DNA from: Basidiobolus meristosporus CBS 931.73
Taxonomy: Eukaryota > Fungi > Basidiobolomycota
DNA length: 64,000 nucleotides
Assembly (NCBI GenBank): GCA_002104905.1
Contig: MCFE01000183.1
Location: 62,001 to 126,000, forward strand
Direction of reading: 5' to 3'
Part shown: piece after piece, positions 1 through 13,570 of the stretch
Numbering within the stretch: position 1 is the first letter of the stretch
Layout: each line of letters starts with the position of its first letter
Program-made: the position numbers and the translations under genes
The notes under the pieces: generated by a model
Told to the model about the DNA's origin: nothing
What the model saw: only the letters and a program-made list of their open reading frames with translations
Databases searched by the model: none

Positions 1-700
1 GTATATGGAGCATTTCAAGCAGAATGAGCCTCTTGAAATAATAGAGAGCTTTGAAACAATTGGCAAGATATCACAAATTATCTGCTACCAGAGTACTTCT
101 CATAGGCTCCAGTCAATATCAATATGCATATGCAACAATACAAATGTAAGGACTGGATGTACTGGACATATATTTAATCAAGTGGCCTTCTGAAGCCATC
201 TTTACCAAGAAAGCATTGGAAGTATTGGGAGTTGTATTTTGACATTGTTGGAATATAAATCCAGAAGCACATCACCAATGCCAACTTGACACATCTACAG
301 CTTTTATGCCAGGAGTTTGTAACAGGATTTGAGCAGCTATACTACAAGCATAAAGCTGAATGTCTAGATCTCTGCTGCTACTGTTTGTATTCTTCACTCC
401 ATCTTGCTTGGTGTATGGAAAACATTGGGCCTTGCCTCACCTTTTGGGAGTTTCCTATGGGGCAGATGTTTGTGGTGATAGGAAGACAAGTCAAGTTGCA
501 TGTACTACCACATCCTTATCTTATTGTAACTATTACCTTCAAGTCTGTCATGGATGTAATGAGCTGGCACATGGAGGACAGCTTGAAAGCATTGGAGAAT
601 ACTGAGGACAGATGTGCACATGGAGACACCTCTGCCTTTGGCATACAGAAGCTAAGCAGCCCCAATGCATGGGTAATCAGTTAAGTAATATAAAGGTGGG
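1..700 (+). mobile_element. Degenerate CACTA/EnSpm-type transposase fragment (C-terminal part, truncated by window edge)
   Basis: One frame with in-frame stops reads ...YKCKDWMYW...LLKPSLPRKHWKYW...FVTGFEQLYY...SSLHLAWCMENIGPCLTFWEFPMGQM, matching the fungal CACTA pattern FV..FE.LYY / LLHL...I...GP...W.FPMER. Confidence 0.75.
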
Positions 701-859
701 GTGGGTGCAACAAGTAACCAACTTTTATTAGGACAGCTCTACTAAAGTATACTGGGCTTCTCCTGGTTAGCAGCCAATTTCTACACTACTCAATACACAA
801 TTTGCACAAACAAGAGCCAGAGTACACCTATCAGGGTGGCTAAAATTCTGCAGGGTGAA

Positions 860-2690
860 GGAACTTAGTAGATAAATACCTAGAAGTTCTTGGCAGGTAT
901 TCAGGTGGTATTTATGGCAAAAGTGGTGGTAATCCAGCATATGTTGGCAAGTTGTATATGTTACCAGCAATACAATGCATATGGCAACTTTGCAAGTATC
1001 ACACTAAAAAGCCATAAAGTTGAGGTTATAGAAGTGTGTCAATTACAGTGGGTGGGCATATATGTAAAAGTTAGTACGCTGTAGTGGGATGACAGTGACA
1101 TCCACTGACAGATGTGCTCATTCCCTTATTTCTACTTCCCTATATCTCTACTACACTTATTTTAGTTTTATCCCATTTGTCTTACCCAATCAGTACTATC
1201 CCATAAGCCAGTTGACTATCACACCTGCTTACCTTATTGCATAAGTTACCCCTCACTTTACATAAGATTACTAGCTATAAGTGGTTCTATATTAGGCAAG
1301 TACCCGCACCAGTACCCATGTCACCATCCCTACCATTTCCATACCATATATGGTATCCCTATGTTACACAGGTCTCAGAATACAGATTCCTGATTGGTTG
1401 GATGTGCTGTGCCACTTAGAACCTTCTGGCACCTACTTAGAGCATTCTTAGGTCATTCTGATGTCATTAAGATTTCTATAGATATCTGGAACCATCTAGA
1501 ATACCATGATTAGTAATCACTTAGCCAGTGAGAAAAGTATATAAGGGAGGCTATCCCTCAACAATAAATCATCATCCCTTTTATCAATATACCAACTTGT
1601 TGATTAGTGTGATCACTGCTACCTGCTGCTACCTGAACTTCCAGCCCCAGACCACAGGACACTCCCAGGAAACTGTGCTGACAGCCAACTGACCTTGGAG
1701 GCACTACTTGTGAGGAATACTTAGAGTAGGTATCATTTATTATATTTGATTCTTTCCGAAGTATGTTCTTGTACAGGCAAAGATACTTTTCTGTCTTTGT
1801 AACTATTGACCACAGCTGCATTCTTATCAAGTCCCTGCTGGTGGAGTTTGCAGTTGTTTTAACTTTGGAAGCTTTAGTAAATTGTCATCTCAAAGGACGC
1901 TGAACCCAGCACATACTTTTGCTAAGATGCCAACTAAATTGGGGATTGTAGCTCAATAGTTTTCCCTTGACAAGCTTGTGGCTTTATTCCCCATCACATT
2001 AGATTAGAGACAGAACTCAAGTATTCCTAGCAAGCTTTTGCCAGAGGTTATTGCACCCAGTGAACACCCCACACACAAAACACTTGAGAAGTGTTGGACA
2101 TATCTCTCCTTTGGACTTATACACCACCACAATGCAGGAGGCCAAATTTTTTTTTGACTTAAACTATTTGTGAAATACCCAAGGTAGTATTGAGTAAGCA
2201 AATACAGAAGGGTGATTTTACAGTGGAATATGTGAATGGTGCAAGGGGAGCTAGAAAAAGAAAATACCTTTTGGTAAAATGGCATGGTAGCATTATGCAA
2301 AGCTATCAGTAGGCCACTGTACTGCAGTGATAATGCCTGCAGAGGTAGCAATGAGGCCCTCATAGCACTGTCAAGTTTGATGCCATATAAGGCAATTGGA
2401 TGAATTGGCCAGCTAGGTCTACTTGCATAAATGAAGCACACACTAAGACTGTTTAAATGCCATGTAATGCTTGTTGAAAGACTGCTAAAACACTGTCAAG
2501 CATTTTACTTTATTTGGCAGTAAAATCAGTAAAATACCAATATAATCCCATCATACAATCATTTTGAGAGTCAATAAATCCAAGCTATCAGCTTGAGGAT
2601 GGACTTGTTGTGGGATCCTGATGACTGATCTGGGTTGGATCCATCTGTGGGACCAAATTATCTTTCATAGGGACATTACACAGTATTTGA
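860..2690 (+). mobile_element. Degenerate DNA-transposon copy 1 (probable MULE/Mutator transposase), split by a solo LTR
   Basis: 860-1079 plus 2132-2690 align by eye with 2760-3510. WQLCKYHTKK at ~985-1010 resembles the MULE CxxH motif, followed by a LKLFV.Y...Y.VSK...ILxW segment. Many stops. Confidence 0.4.
1080..2131. mobile_element. Solo LTR, 1052 bp (probably Ty3/gypsy-class)
   Basis: Termini TGTAGTGG...CCACCACA (7/8 inverted match). 4-bp TSD ACGC (1076-1079) / ATGC (2132-2135), a CpG->TpG difference. Removing it restores colinearity with the uninterrupted paralog at ~2962-3000. TATA-like TATAAG near 1540. Confidence 0.7.
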
Positions 2691-2759
2691 GACCCAAAGT
2701 TCTTCTGACAAGCTCCATCCATAAGCCAGAGCACATCTAAAAGCAGGACTAGAATCTAG

Positions 2760-3510
2760 CAGGGAGAAGGAATACATTGGCAAAGTACTGAAAAGTGTTC
2801 ATGAGATATTCATGGCAAAAGTGGTGGCAACTAAGCATACATGTGCATTATGCATATGTTAGCAGCAATGCAAGGTATACGCCAGCTTTGCAAGTATCAC
2901 ATTGAAAAGCTGTAAGGTTGAGGTGATAGAAGTGTGTCAGTTACAGCAGGTATGTGTGTTTGTAGAGGTTAGTGAGCAGAAAGTCATAGTTTTTTGACTA
3001 AAACTATATGTGGAATACAAAAGATAGTAGTGGGTAAGCAAATAAATGGGGTGATTCTACACTGGGATATATGAATGGCACAAGGGGAGGTAGCAATAGG
3101 AAATACCACTTGGTAAGCTGGTATGCTAGCATTATACTGCAATGGCTTTATGCTGCCAAACTGCTATTATAATGCCAACAGATATCTGCATCAAGGCTGT
3201 CAGAATACCATCAAATTTTTTACATATATGCTAATTAGATTTACTGGCTGGTTGGGTATGCTCAAACAAGTGTAGGCCCATATAGAACTGTAAGAATGCC
3301 ACCAAAATCCGGTCAAATTACTGCTTTAGCACTGTTAAGTTTATCTACCTATTGAGCAGTAGATTCAGCAAAGCACTGTTGTAATCCTGTCAGAGACTGT
3401 AGAGAGGGTCATTAATTCCAAGCTGCAGGCATCAAAAAGGCCTTATTGCAGGATCTTGATTGTTGATCTGGATTGGATCCAAATGTGGGACCAAATTATT
3501 TTTCATTGGT
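2760..3510 (+). mobile_element. Degenerate DNA-transposon copy 2 (probable MULE/Mutator transposase)
   Basis: Direct diverged repeat of 860-1079/2132-2690; RQLCKYHIEK at ~2880-2910. Confidence 0.4.
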
Positions 3511-3529
3511 GGCTCATTGCCCACAAATC

Positions 3530-3769
3530 ATATGGAATTCTGATTAAATTTCTTGTTGGGTTTATTTGGAATATTTTCACAAAACTTTCATGTGTCCATA
3601 ATGTGAATTTTGCAAAGTGCTGCAATTGGCCCCAAACTTGGCACACATGTTTGTTGGACCTTCCTAAACATACTCCATGTGCTTGTTTTACCAATACCAT
3701 GTAAAAGTAGTGTTGGCACTTTCACATCCTAGGAATCATTAAGTGTAAACTGCTGTATGAGTCTTGTCC
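3530..3769 (+). repeat. Diverged partial copia LTR
   Basis: Similar to the central and 3' part of the 349-bp LTR family (ttcttgttgggtttatttggaatattttcac...aatcattaagtg). Confidence 0.5.
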
Positions 3770-5462
3770 TGCTGCAAGAGTCTTGGAGATATTGGAAGTG
3801 ATTGGGAATACAAGTAGATTGTGTGGTTTTTACTTAAAGATATAGTAGACTTGTTCTGTTGGATAGTGCCACATTGAGCCATGAGTGCCAAATAATGCCA
3901 TAGTGTGCCAGGGATGCCAAGTCAGCCTATACTTGGTCACAGAGTGTGAAACATAGCTCTGCATCTTCATGTAAAGCAGCCCCTGTGTTTCACCCATTGT
4001 ACTGGAGAAAATCCAATTTTTGACCTTTTTTTTGGATCAATGTTGTGTATGATGTGTAAGAGCACAGAAGGATTGAAGACATGCATCTGGTACTCAATAC
4101 CCATAGAACTTTGAGTCTAGCTCCTGTAGCTTGTATCATGTCACAAAAATGAATGGCACTATCTTGGTCCACTAGTACTATCTAGCATTATAAGTGCTTT
4201 GTATGGGTCTTACTTTAGGGCTAATATTTAAATATAGTGCCTGATAATACCGGTTGAACTAGATAGTGCCATTCATTTTGTCAAATGATACAAGCTACAG
4301 GAGCAAGACTCAGAGTTCTATAGGTATTGAGTACCAGATGCATATCTTCAATCCTTCTGTGCTCTTACACATCATGCACAATATTGATCCAAAAAAAAGG
4401 TCAAAAAATGGATTTTCTCCAGTAAAATGGGTGAAACACAGGGGCTGCTTTGCATGAAAATGCAGGGCTATGTTTCACACTCTGTGGCTAAGCTTAGGTC
4501 TGTTATGACTCTCTAGCATGCAATGGCACTATTTGGCACACATGGCTCAATGTCACACTATCCAACAGAACAAGTCTATTGAATGTAAAACCAGTATTTA
4601 TACTTTTACATGGTCTTGGCATAACAAACGTATAGGATAGGCTCAGGAAGGTCCTAACAACATGTGTGCAAAGATTGGGGCTGCTTGGACAACTTATCTG
4701 ATTTTCATGCTCTGGGCACCTGATATTTTGGTAAAAATATTTCAGGTAAATACCAGCAAGGATTTTGGTCAGTATTCTCCAGAATTTGAAGGTAATGATC
4801 TAAGTGACTAAGTTAGGTGAATACTTAGCTGGAACCACAAATATTTACAACACTCCCACTCAACTCAATGTTCATACTGACTAGTCCTAATTTTGACTTA
4901 AGATATTCAAATTTGTCTCCGGCTAGTGGTTTGGTCAATATGTCTGCAATCATTTCCTCTGTAAAACAGTAAGCTAAGTTAATTAAGTTGCTCTCTATTG
5001 CTTCATGTGAGATATGACATCTATTACCTATGTGCTTAGCACAACATGAAAAATTGGATTCCTACCTAGTTGTATACATCCTTGATTTTCCTGAAATAAA
5101 GTAATAGCATTTTTTGTCATAAGCCTAAATTGTTGGAAAGCTTCCTTAACCACATTGCTTTTTTTGCAGCTTCACAAGCTGCCATATACTCTGCTTCTGT
5201 GGTGGATGGTGCTACATTTGGTTGCTTTCTTGAACTCCATGAAATTGCTCCTTTACATTAAAGAAAGGTAAATCCTGTGGTGGATCATCTGTGTTCTAAA
5301 TTTTGTCCCCAATCAGCATCAGAGTATCACACAAGATCCTGTTCTGAGTTTTTATAAGTGTATCTTAAGCATATATCAGCAGTTTCTTTTAGGTATCTAA
5401 AAATCCGCTTAAATGCTGCAATATGTCAGATCCATAGTTCTGATTATGCTGGATGACAACTC
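3770..5462 (-). mobile_element. 3' remnant of Ty1/copia element (RT end/RNase H, PPT, 3' LTR interrupted by a foldback element)
   Basis: LTR pieces 3770-3844 and 4579-4852 sum to ~349 bp. PPT (minus GAGTGGGAG) at ~4853-4861. 4870-5462 aligns to the RNase H/RT region of the 14333-17104 ORF but carries stops. Confidence 0.8.
3845..4578. mobile_element. Non-autonomous foldback/long-TIR element, ~734 bp
   Basis: Inverted arms ~3846-4164 and ~4261-4578 (ends TAGACTTG / CAAGTCTA), ~96-bp spacer, inserted in a copia LTR whose halves rejoin on removal. Confidence 0.85.
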
Positions 5463-5481
5463 ACATATCAGTAGTTGCTTT

Positions 5482-5827
5482 TGTTGTAAAAATTTGTATT
5501 CCACCTAAATATTCACCTAACTTAGTTGCTTGGATTACTACCTTCAAGCCCTAGAGAATACTGACCAAATTCCTTGTCAGGACTTACTAGGAATACTTTC
5601 ACCAAAATACCAGATACCCAGAACATGAAAATTCCTATAGTTGTCCAAACAGCCCCACACTTTGCACTCATGTTCTTGCAACCTTCCCTAACCTATTTAA
5701 TGTGTTTGTTATGCCAAGACCATGTCAAAGTCAAATACTACTTTACATTTAATAAGTCATAAAGTGAGAAACACATAATCTACTTGTCCTCCAAAATCAC
5801 TTTGATATCTCCAAAACTCTTACAACA
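5482..5827 (+). repeat. 5' LTR of plus-strand copia
   Basis: TGTTG...CAACA, 346 bp, followed immediately by the PBS. Confidence 0.9.
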
Positions 5828-5840
5828 GGCTATGAGCCTC
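5828..5840 (+). promoter_or_regulatory. Primer-binding site (mutated GGTTATGAGCC type)
   Basis: GGCTATGAGCCTC directly after the LTR. Confidence 0.75.
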
Positions 5841-8800
5841 AAGCTGTTACTCTCCACAATGCCAACTACTGTTATTACTGGACTTTTTCCCTCCACTGAA
5901 AAGTTAGATGGATCTAACTACCAAGTATGGAAGGTGAAGATGAAGATGCTGCTACAAGAAAGAGGCCTTTGGGATATTGTCATGGGAGTAGAATGCCCTC
6001 CTAAAAGCATGGGAGAGGAAGCCTTAAAGTATCAGATGAATGACTAAAGTGCCATTAACTGCATTTGCCTTAATGTCAAAGACAAATTTCAAATTCAACG
6101 CTCAAGAGCAAAAGCAGCAAAGAATGCCTGGAAGGCATTAAAAGACACCTACCAGTCAAGTTCAGCTGCTAAGAAAATGTATCTGAGACAAAAACTCCTT
6201 ACTACAAAGATGCAGCCAGGAGAAGAAATGAAAAATCTAATTAACTGAAGTACCCTGCTGGTGGATGAGATGGAATCTGTTGGCATACCAACCACTGATG
6301 AGGATGTGATAGTTATCACCCTGAATAGCCTAATAGAAATGTTTCAGGGCCCTGTATCAGCCCTAGAGTCCAGAAATTGAGATTTGACCTTAATTTGCGT
6401 ATTTGGAAGCCTCCTGGATGAAGAATCTAGAAAATCAAGTGCCAATAAGAAGGAAGATAAAGATGCTTTAATAAGTAATAATAACCAACAAAGGAGGTAC
6501 CCAAGACCCTACAAAGGCAACAGCAACTTCTTTTACAACTACTGCAAATGGAAAGGACACACATCTGGCCAGTGCTTGAAAAAGAGAGATAATCAGCAAA
6601 AGAAGCCTGAAAATGGAAATGCTGCAACAACTGAAGATAGACTATTCAAATTTGCACTAAATATGACCACAAACAAGGATTCTGAGATGTTGAATATCAA
6701 CTCTGGAGTTTCTCATCACTTTACACCCCAAAAAGAACTTTTCACATAATATCAAGAAATTCCAATTGAGAAGGTTTTCATGCGTGACAATAGAACACTT
6801 GATGCAGTGGGAGAAGGAACTATCCCAGTAAACCTTAGAAGCAGTGAAGCAAGCTATACACTGACTTTTAAAGAAGTACTCCATGTACCAGAAATAGCCA
6901 AAAATTACTATCTTTAAGCAAGGCCATAGTGGAGCAACTCAATTTAAGCCTTGACAAATCTATATGCAGGATCACTGATCAAAATGGTGCCCATTTTGCT
7001 TTGGGTATCAGAGATCAAAATCTATACAAGTTGACTTATATTCCATCATATTTGGAAGCCAATTTAAGTCACTTAAATGAAAATCACCAATGCTTTGGCA
7101 CAGGAGATTTGGGCACATCAATTTTGATTATTTGCGCAAAATGATCAAAGATCAGCTAATTTCTGGAGTAAAATTGCTCCCCTAGCTAATTTGGAGCACT
7201 GTGATGCATGCATATATGGTAAACAAGCCAGGCAACTGTTCAAGAGCTCTGGGTTATTCAAAACTAAGAAAAATTAGATCTAATTCACTCAGATCTGTGA
7301 GGACTTATGCACAATTTATACCTGGGCAAGATGAAGTATTTAATCACTGTTATTGATCATTACACAATATGCATGCGGGTCTACTCCATGGAGAGAGAGG
7401 AAGAAGCTCTGTCTGAGTTTGGTAGTTTAAAGCCATGATGGAGAGGGAAACTGGTGAAAAAACCAAGAAAATACTCTCTGACAACAGTGGAAAATATACC
7501 TCATAACTCTTTAGCTGCTTCTGCAAAATTCATGGGATAAAGCAAGACACTACTGTACCATACTCCCCACAGCAAAATGGAGTAGCAGAACAAGCAAACA
7601 GATCAATAATTGATATGGCACAATCTTTGATCCATGATCAAAACTATCCAACAATTTTTGGGCAGAATCAGTTGCCACAGCTGTACACCTTAAAAAAGGA
7701 GTTATAACAGAATACTTTGTGATTCTACTCCATTTGAACCATGGTAAATATACAGACCAAGTGCAGAACATCTGAGAATATTTGGGTGTACAGCCTATGC
7801 CAAGAAGCTACCTGGAAATCAGTCAAATTTTGAGCCAAAAATTGTAAAATGCATATTTTTGGGCTACTACAATCAGAGTAAAGCATACAGACTCTACAAT
7901 ACCAAAGCAAAGAAGCTAATCATGTCCATGGATGTGTTGTTTGATGAGAATTTAAAATTCTCCTAAAAAATGACATCAGATGATGACAAAAATCTGATCT
8001 CAAGTGCCCAATGGTCAGGATTTAATCAGAGCAAAACAATGAAATTTTTTCACTTCAGAGGACTCTACAACCATGGTTCAGCCTGAATCAGCACCCAGCA
8101 ATATCCTAGAAGGGATCATTCTAGTATCAAATGCCCAGAGATCCAATTGGACAAGAAATAGCCCAAATTACTATAGCAACGAGGGTGCAAACTTAGCCTA
8201 AGCCTGTTTAGTCCATATTGATGAGCCCTGACTGTAAAAGAGGCCATAAATAGCTTTCAGACAAAGCTTTGGAGATCTGCAATGACTGAGGTATATCAGG
8301 CCCTGATGGAAAATCAAACTGGGGACCTAGTCAAATTACCAATCAGCCAAAAATCAATTGGATGCAGATGGGTCTTTAAGAGATAATGCAAGACTGATGG
8401 TACAATTGAAAGATAGAAAGCAAGACTTGTGGCCTAAGAATACTATCAAGAAAAAGGACTGGACAACACTGAGACCTTTGCACTGGTAGCGGAGTTTAAT
8501 TCCATCAGATTAATATTAGCTATTGCAGCCAAATACAAGTTTTTTATACATCAAGTGGATGTAAAAGCTGCATTTTTGAATGGACAACTTGATGAGGATG
8601 TGTGTATGAGCTAGCCAGATAGGTTTGTTGACCAAGATAACCCCCATCTGGTCTGCAAGCTTAAAAAGTCTCTATATGGTCTCAAACAATCACCAAGAGC
8701 CTAGAATTGCAATAAAGCTTTATATTTGAAATCTGTGAGTTTCAAAAGGAGTAATGCTGACCATAGTATATACTATAAGCCAGATAGAGCAAATCCAGCT

Positions 8801-9792
8801 CTACTAACTCTATATGAGGATGATCTTATTATAGCTGCCAACATTTGAAGAGACAAAATCCAGCCTATCTAAGGAGTTCAAAATGTCTGATCTAGGAGAA
8901 CTCAGTTACTACTTAGGGATTAAGCTCTTCATAGACAGAACTACCCAGACTATAACCCTAATTCAATCCAAGTATGTTCAAGATATACTAAAGAAGTACC
9001 AAATGGAAGACTGTAAACTGGCAGCTACCCCAATGGAGACAAACCTTAACTTGGTCAAAACTCAACCAAATCAAGCAAGCTTGGTGTCATCCAAAAGGCC
9101 TGGCTTTCCTTGTCAATTATTAGTGAGCAATCTGATGTAGATCATGCTTGGAGCATGTCAAGATATCTCATATTCAGTGGGAGTTGTCAGCCAGCATAAT
9201 CAGAACTATGGATCTGATCATATTGCAGCAGTTAAGCAGATTTTTAGATACCTAAAAGGAACTGCTGATATCTGCTTAAGATATACTTATAAGGATTCAG
9301 AACAGGATCTTGTGGGATACTCTGATGCTGAGTGGGGACAAAATTTGGAAGACAGAAGATCCACCACATGACATACCTTTGTTTACTGTAGGAGAGCAAT
9401 TTCATGGAATTCAAGAAAGCAACCAACCATAGCACTTTCTACCACAGAGTCAGAGTATATGGCAGCCTGTGAAGCTACAAAAGAAGCAATGTGCTTAACA
9501 AAGCTTTTTACAGAATTGGACCTATGTCAAAAAATACCTATTACATTATTTCAAGATAATCAAGGATGTATACATATAGGTAGAAATCCAACTTTTCATG
9601 CTGGAACTAAGCACATAGATATTAGACATCATATCATATGGAAGCTATAGAGAATAACTTAGTTAGCTTAGTTTACTGTCCTTCAGGTGAAATGATTGCC
9701 GACATATTTACCAAACCATTAGCTAGAGACAAGTTTGAATGTCTTAGGTCAAAATTAGGACTAGTCAGTATGAACATTTAGCTGTGTGGGAA

Positions 9793-10141
9793 TGTTGTAG
9801 AAATTTGTAGTTCCACCTAAATATTCAACTAACATAGTCACTTAGATCATTACCTTCAAATCCTAGAGAATACTAACCAAATTCTTTGTTGGGATTTACT
9901 TGGAATATTTTCACCAAAACACCAGGTACCCATAACATGAAAATTCTCAATATTGTCCAAACAGCCCCAAACTTTGCGCACATGTTCTTGGGACCTTCCT
10001 TAGCACATTCTACATGTTTGTTATGCCATGACCATGTAAAAATATTAATACTATTGTTACATTCAATCAATCATTAAGTGAAACCACAAAATCTACTTGT
10101 CCTCCCAGATCACTTCCAATATCTCCCAGACTCTTACAACA
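9793..10141 (+). repeat. 3' LTR of plus-strand copia
   Basis: TGTTG...CAACA, 349 bp, preceded by purine tract GTGTGGGAA and the RNase H end. Confidence 0.9.
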
Positions 10142-13100
10142 CCTTTTAGATATCTAAAAATCTGCTTAACTGCTGCATTATGATCAGATCCATAGCTTGG
10201 ATTAAGCTGGCTGACAACTCCCACTGAATATGAGATATCTGGACATGTTCCAAGTATGCTGTACATCATACCACTAATCATAGACTGATAAGGAAAGTCA
10301 GGGCTTTCAGATGACACCAAGCTCTCTTGACTTGGTTGAGTTTTGGCCAAGTTAAGGTTTGTCTCCATTGGGGTAGCTGCCGGTTTACAGTCTTCCATTT
10401 GGTACTACTTAAGTATATCTTGAATATACTTGGATTGGCTCAGGGTATAGTCTAAATACTTTTGTATATGGAGAACTTTGTCCCTAAGTAGTAACTGAGT
10501 TCTCATTGATTGGGCATCTTGAAATCTCTAGATAGGCTGGAATTAGTCTCTTTGAATGTTTCAGGTTATTGGTAGCTATAATAAGATCATCCACATATAG
10601 GGCTAATAGGGCTGTATTTGCTCCATCTGGCTCTTAGTATACACTATAGTCAGCATTATTCCTTTTGAAACTCAAAGATTCCAAATAAGAAACTATTTGC
10701 CATTCCAGGCTTTTAGTAATTGTTGAGTCCATATAAAGACTTTTTAAGCTTGTAGTCCAAATGGAGGTTATCTTGGTCAGCAAACCCATCAGGCTGGCTC
10801 ATATACATGCCCTCATTAAGTTCTCCATTGAAAAATGGAGTTTTAACATTCATATGATGTTAAAAAACTTATATTTGGCTGCAGTAACCAATGTTAATCT
10901 GATGGTATTAAGCTTGGCTCCCAGTGCAACGGTCTCAGTGTAGTCAAGTCCTTTTTTGTAAGAGTATCTTTTGGCCACAAGTTGTGCTTTGTATCTTTCA
11001 ATTGTACCATCATCCTTGTATTTTGTCTTGAAGACCCATCTGCATCCAATTGATTTTTGGTTGATTGGTAATATGACTAAGTCCTAACTTTGATTTTCCA
11101 TCAGGGCCTGATATTCCTCAGTCATTGCAGATCTTCAAGACTTTGTCTGAGGGCTATTTAGGGCCTCTTTTACAGTCTGGGGCTCATCAATATGGATTGA
11201 GTAGGCATAGGCTAAGTTTGTACCCTCATAGATATATTAATTTGGGCTATTTCTTGTCTGCTTGGATCTCTGGGCATTTGACACAAGTGTGACCACTACT
11301 GGGATATTCTAGGGCACTGCTTCAGGCTGAAGCATGGTTGTAGAGTTCCCTGGAGTGATAAAATTGCATTGCTTTGCTCTGATTCAATCCTGATCATTGG
11401 TGCACTTGAGATCAGATTTTCATCATCTTTTGATGTCATTCTTTGTAGCAATCTGAGTTGGCATCAAACAACACATCCCTGGACTTGATCAGCTTCTTTG
11501 CTTTTGTATTGTAGAGTCTCTATACTTGACTCTCATTGTAGTAGCCCAAAAATATGCATTTTACACTTTCTGGCTCAAATTTTAACTGATTTACAGGCAG
11601 TTTCTTGGCATATGCTGTACACGCAAATACTCTTAGATATTCTGCACTTGGACTGTATCCATACCATGATTCAGATGGAGTAGAATCACAAAGTGTTCTG
11701 TTATAACTCCTATTTTTAAGGTATACAGCAGTGGCTACTGATTCCACCCAAAAATCATAGGATAATTTTTGATCATGAATCATAGATCTTGCCATATCAA
11801 TTATTGGTCTGCTTGCACATTTGGCTACTCCATTTTGCTGTGGGGAGTATGGTACAGTAGTGTCTTGCTTTATCCCATGAATTTTGCAGAAGTGGATGAA
11901 CAGTTTTGAGGCATATTCTCCACCATTGTCAGAGGGTATTTTCTTGATTTTTTCACCAGTTTCTCTCTCCACTATGACTTTAAACTCCCTGAGCTTGTAC
12001 AGAGTTGCTTGCTTTCTCTCCATGGAGTAGACCCACATGTATATTGTATAATCATCAATAAGAGTGAGTAAATACTTCATTCTACTCAAGTACAAATTTT
12101 GCATAGGTCCAAACAGATCTGAGTGAGTTAGATCTATGTTTTTCTTGGTTTTAATTAGCCCAGAGCTCTCAAACAGTGGTCTGGCTTGTTTCCCATATAT
12201 GCAGGCTTCACAGTGCTCCAAATTAGCTGGGGGATCAATTTTTACTCCAGAAATTAGCTGATCTCTGACCATTTTGCACAAACAATCAAGATTGATGTGT
12301 TCAAATCTCCTGTGCCAAAGCATTGGTGTTTCCTCATTCAAGTTACTTATATTGGCTTCCAGATATGATGGAAAATAAGTCAACTTATACAGATTCTGAT
12401 CTCTGATACCTAAAGCAATAGGAGCACCATTTTGATCAGTGATCCTGCATCCAGAATTGTCAAGCTGAAACTGAGTCCTTCTGCAATGGCCTTGCTTACA
12501 GATAGTAAGTTCTTGGCTATTTCTGGTACATAGAGTACTTCTTAAAAGGTCAGTGTATGGCTTCCTTCACTGCTTCTTAGGTTTACTTGGATAGTTCCTT
12601 CTCCCACTGCATCAAGTGTTCTATTGTCACTCATGAAAACCTTCTTAATTGGAATTTCTTGATATTGTGTAAAAAGTTCTTTTTGGTGTGTAAAGTGTTG
12701 AGATACTCCAGAGTCATTATACAACATCTCAGAATCCTTGTTTGTGGTCATATTTAGTGCAGATATGAATAGTCTATCTTGAGTTGTTGCAAAATTTCCA
12801 TATTCAGCCTTTTTTGCTGACTATCTCTCTTTTCAGGCACTGGTCTGATGGGTGTCCTTTCCATTTGCAGTTGTTGCAAAACAGGTTGCTATTACCTTTA
12901 AGAGGTCTTGGGTATCTCCTCTGTTGGTTATCATGGCTTGTTAAAGCATTTTCTTCTTCCTTCTTATTGGCACTTGATTTACTAAATTCTTCATCCAGGA
13001 GCCTTCCATATACATAATTTATGGTTTAATCTTCAGTTCTGGACTCTAAGGCTGATACAAGACCCTGAAATGTGTCTGTCAGGCTATTCAGGGCGGTTAC

Positions 13101-13570
13101 TATCACATCCTCATCAGTAGTTGGTATGCCCACGGATTCCATCTCATCCACCAGCAGGGTAACTCTATTGAGTAGATTTTCATTTCTTCTCCTGGCAGCA
13201 TCTTTGTAGTAAGGAATTTTCAACTAAGATACATTTTCTTGGCAGCTGAACATGATTGTTAGGTGTCCTCTAATGCCTTCCAGGCATTCTTTGCCGTTTT
13301 TGCTCTTGAGCATTGAATTAGCAATTTGTCCTTGACATTAAGGCAAATGCAGTTAAAGGCACTTTGTTCTTTCTTCTGGTACTTTAAGGCTTCCTCTCCC
13401 ACATATTTAGGAGGGCATTCTTCTCCCATGACAATATTGAAAAGGCCTCTTTCTTGTAGCAGCATCTTCATCTTCACCTTCCACACTTGGTAGTTAAATC
13501 CATCCAACTTTTCAGCAGAGGGAAAAGTTTCAGTAATAGCAGTAGTAGACATTGCAGAGAGTGACAGCTT

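Larger units (their letters stand above)
5482..10141 (+). mobile_element. Full-length degenerate Ty1/copia LTR retrotransposon (gag-PR-IN-RT-RH), 4660 bp
   Basis: LTRs 5482-5827 and 9793-10141 (TGTTG...CAACA), PBS 5828-5840, PPT ~9784-9792, 5-bp TSD GCTTT/CCTTT inside the RT region of a minus-strand copia. Gag (KLDGSNYQVWKVKMKMLL), zinc knuckle (CKWKGH..QC), RT and RNase H fragments, all broken by stops and frameshifts. Confidence 0.92.

Noticed and set aside
2240-2290. RKRKYLLVKWHG chromodomain-like string
   Set aside because: Not conserved in the same frame of the paralogous copy at ~3080-3130; likely a chance off-frame match.
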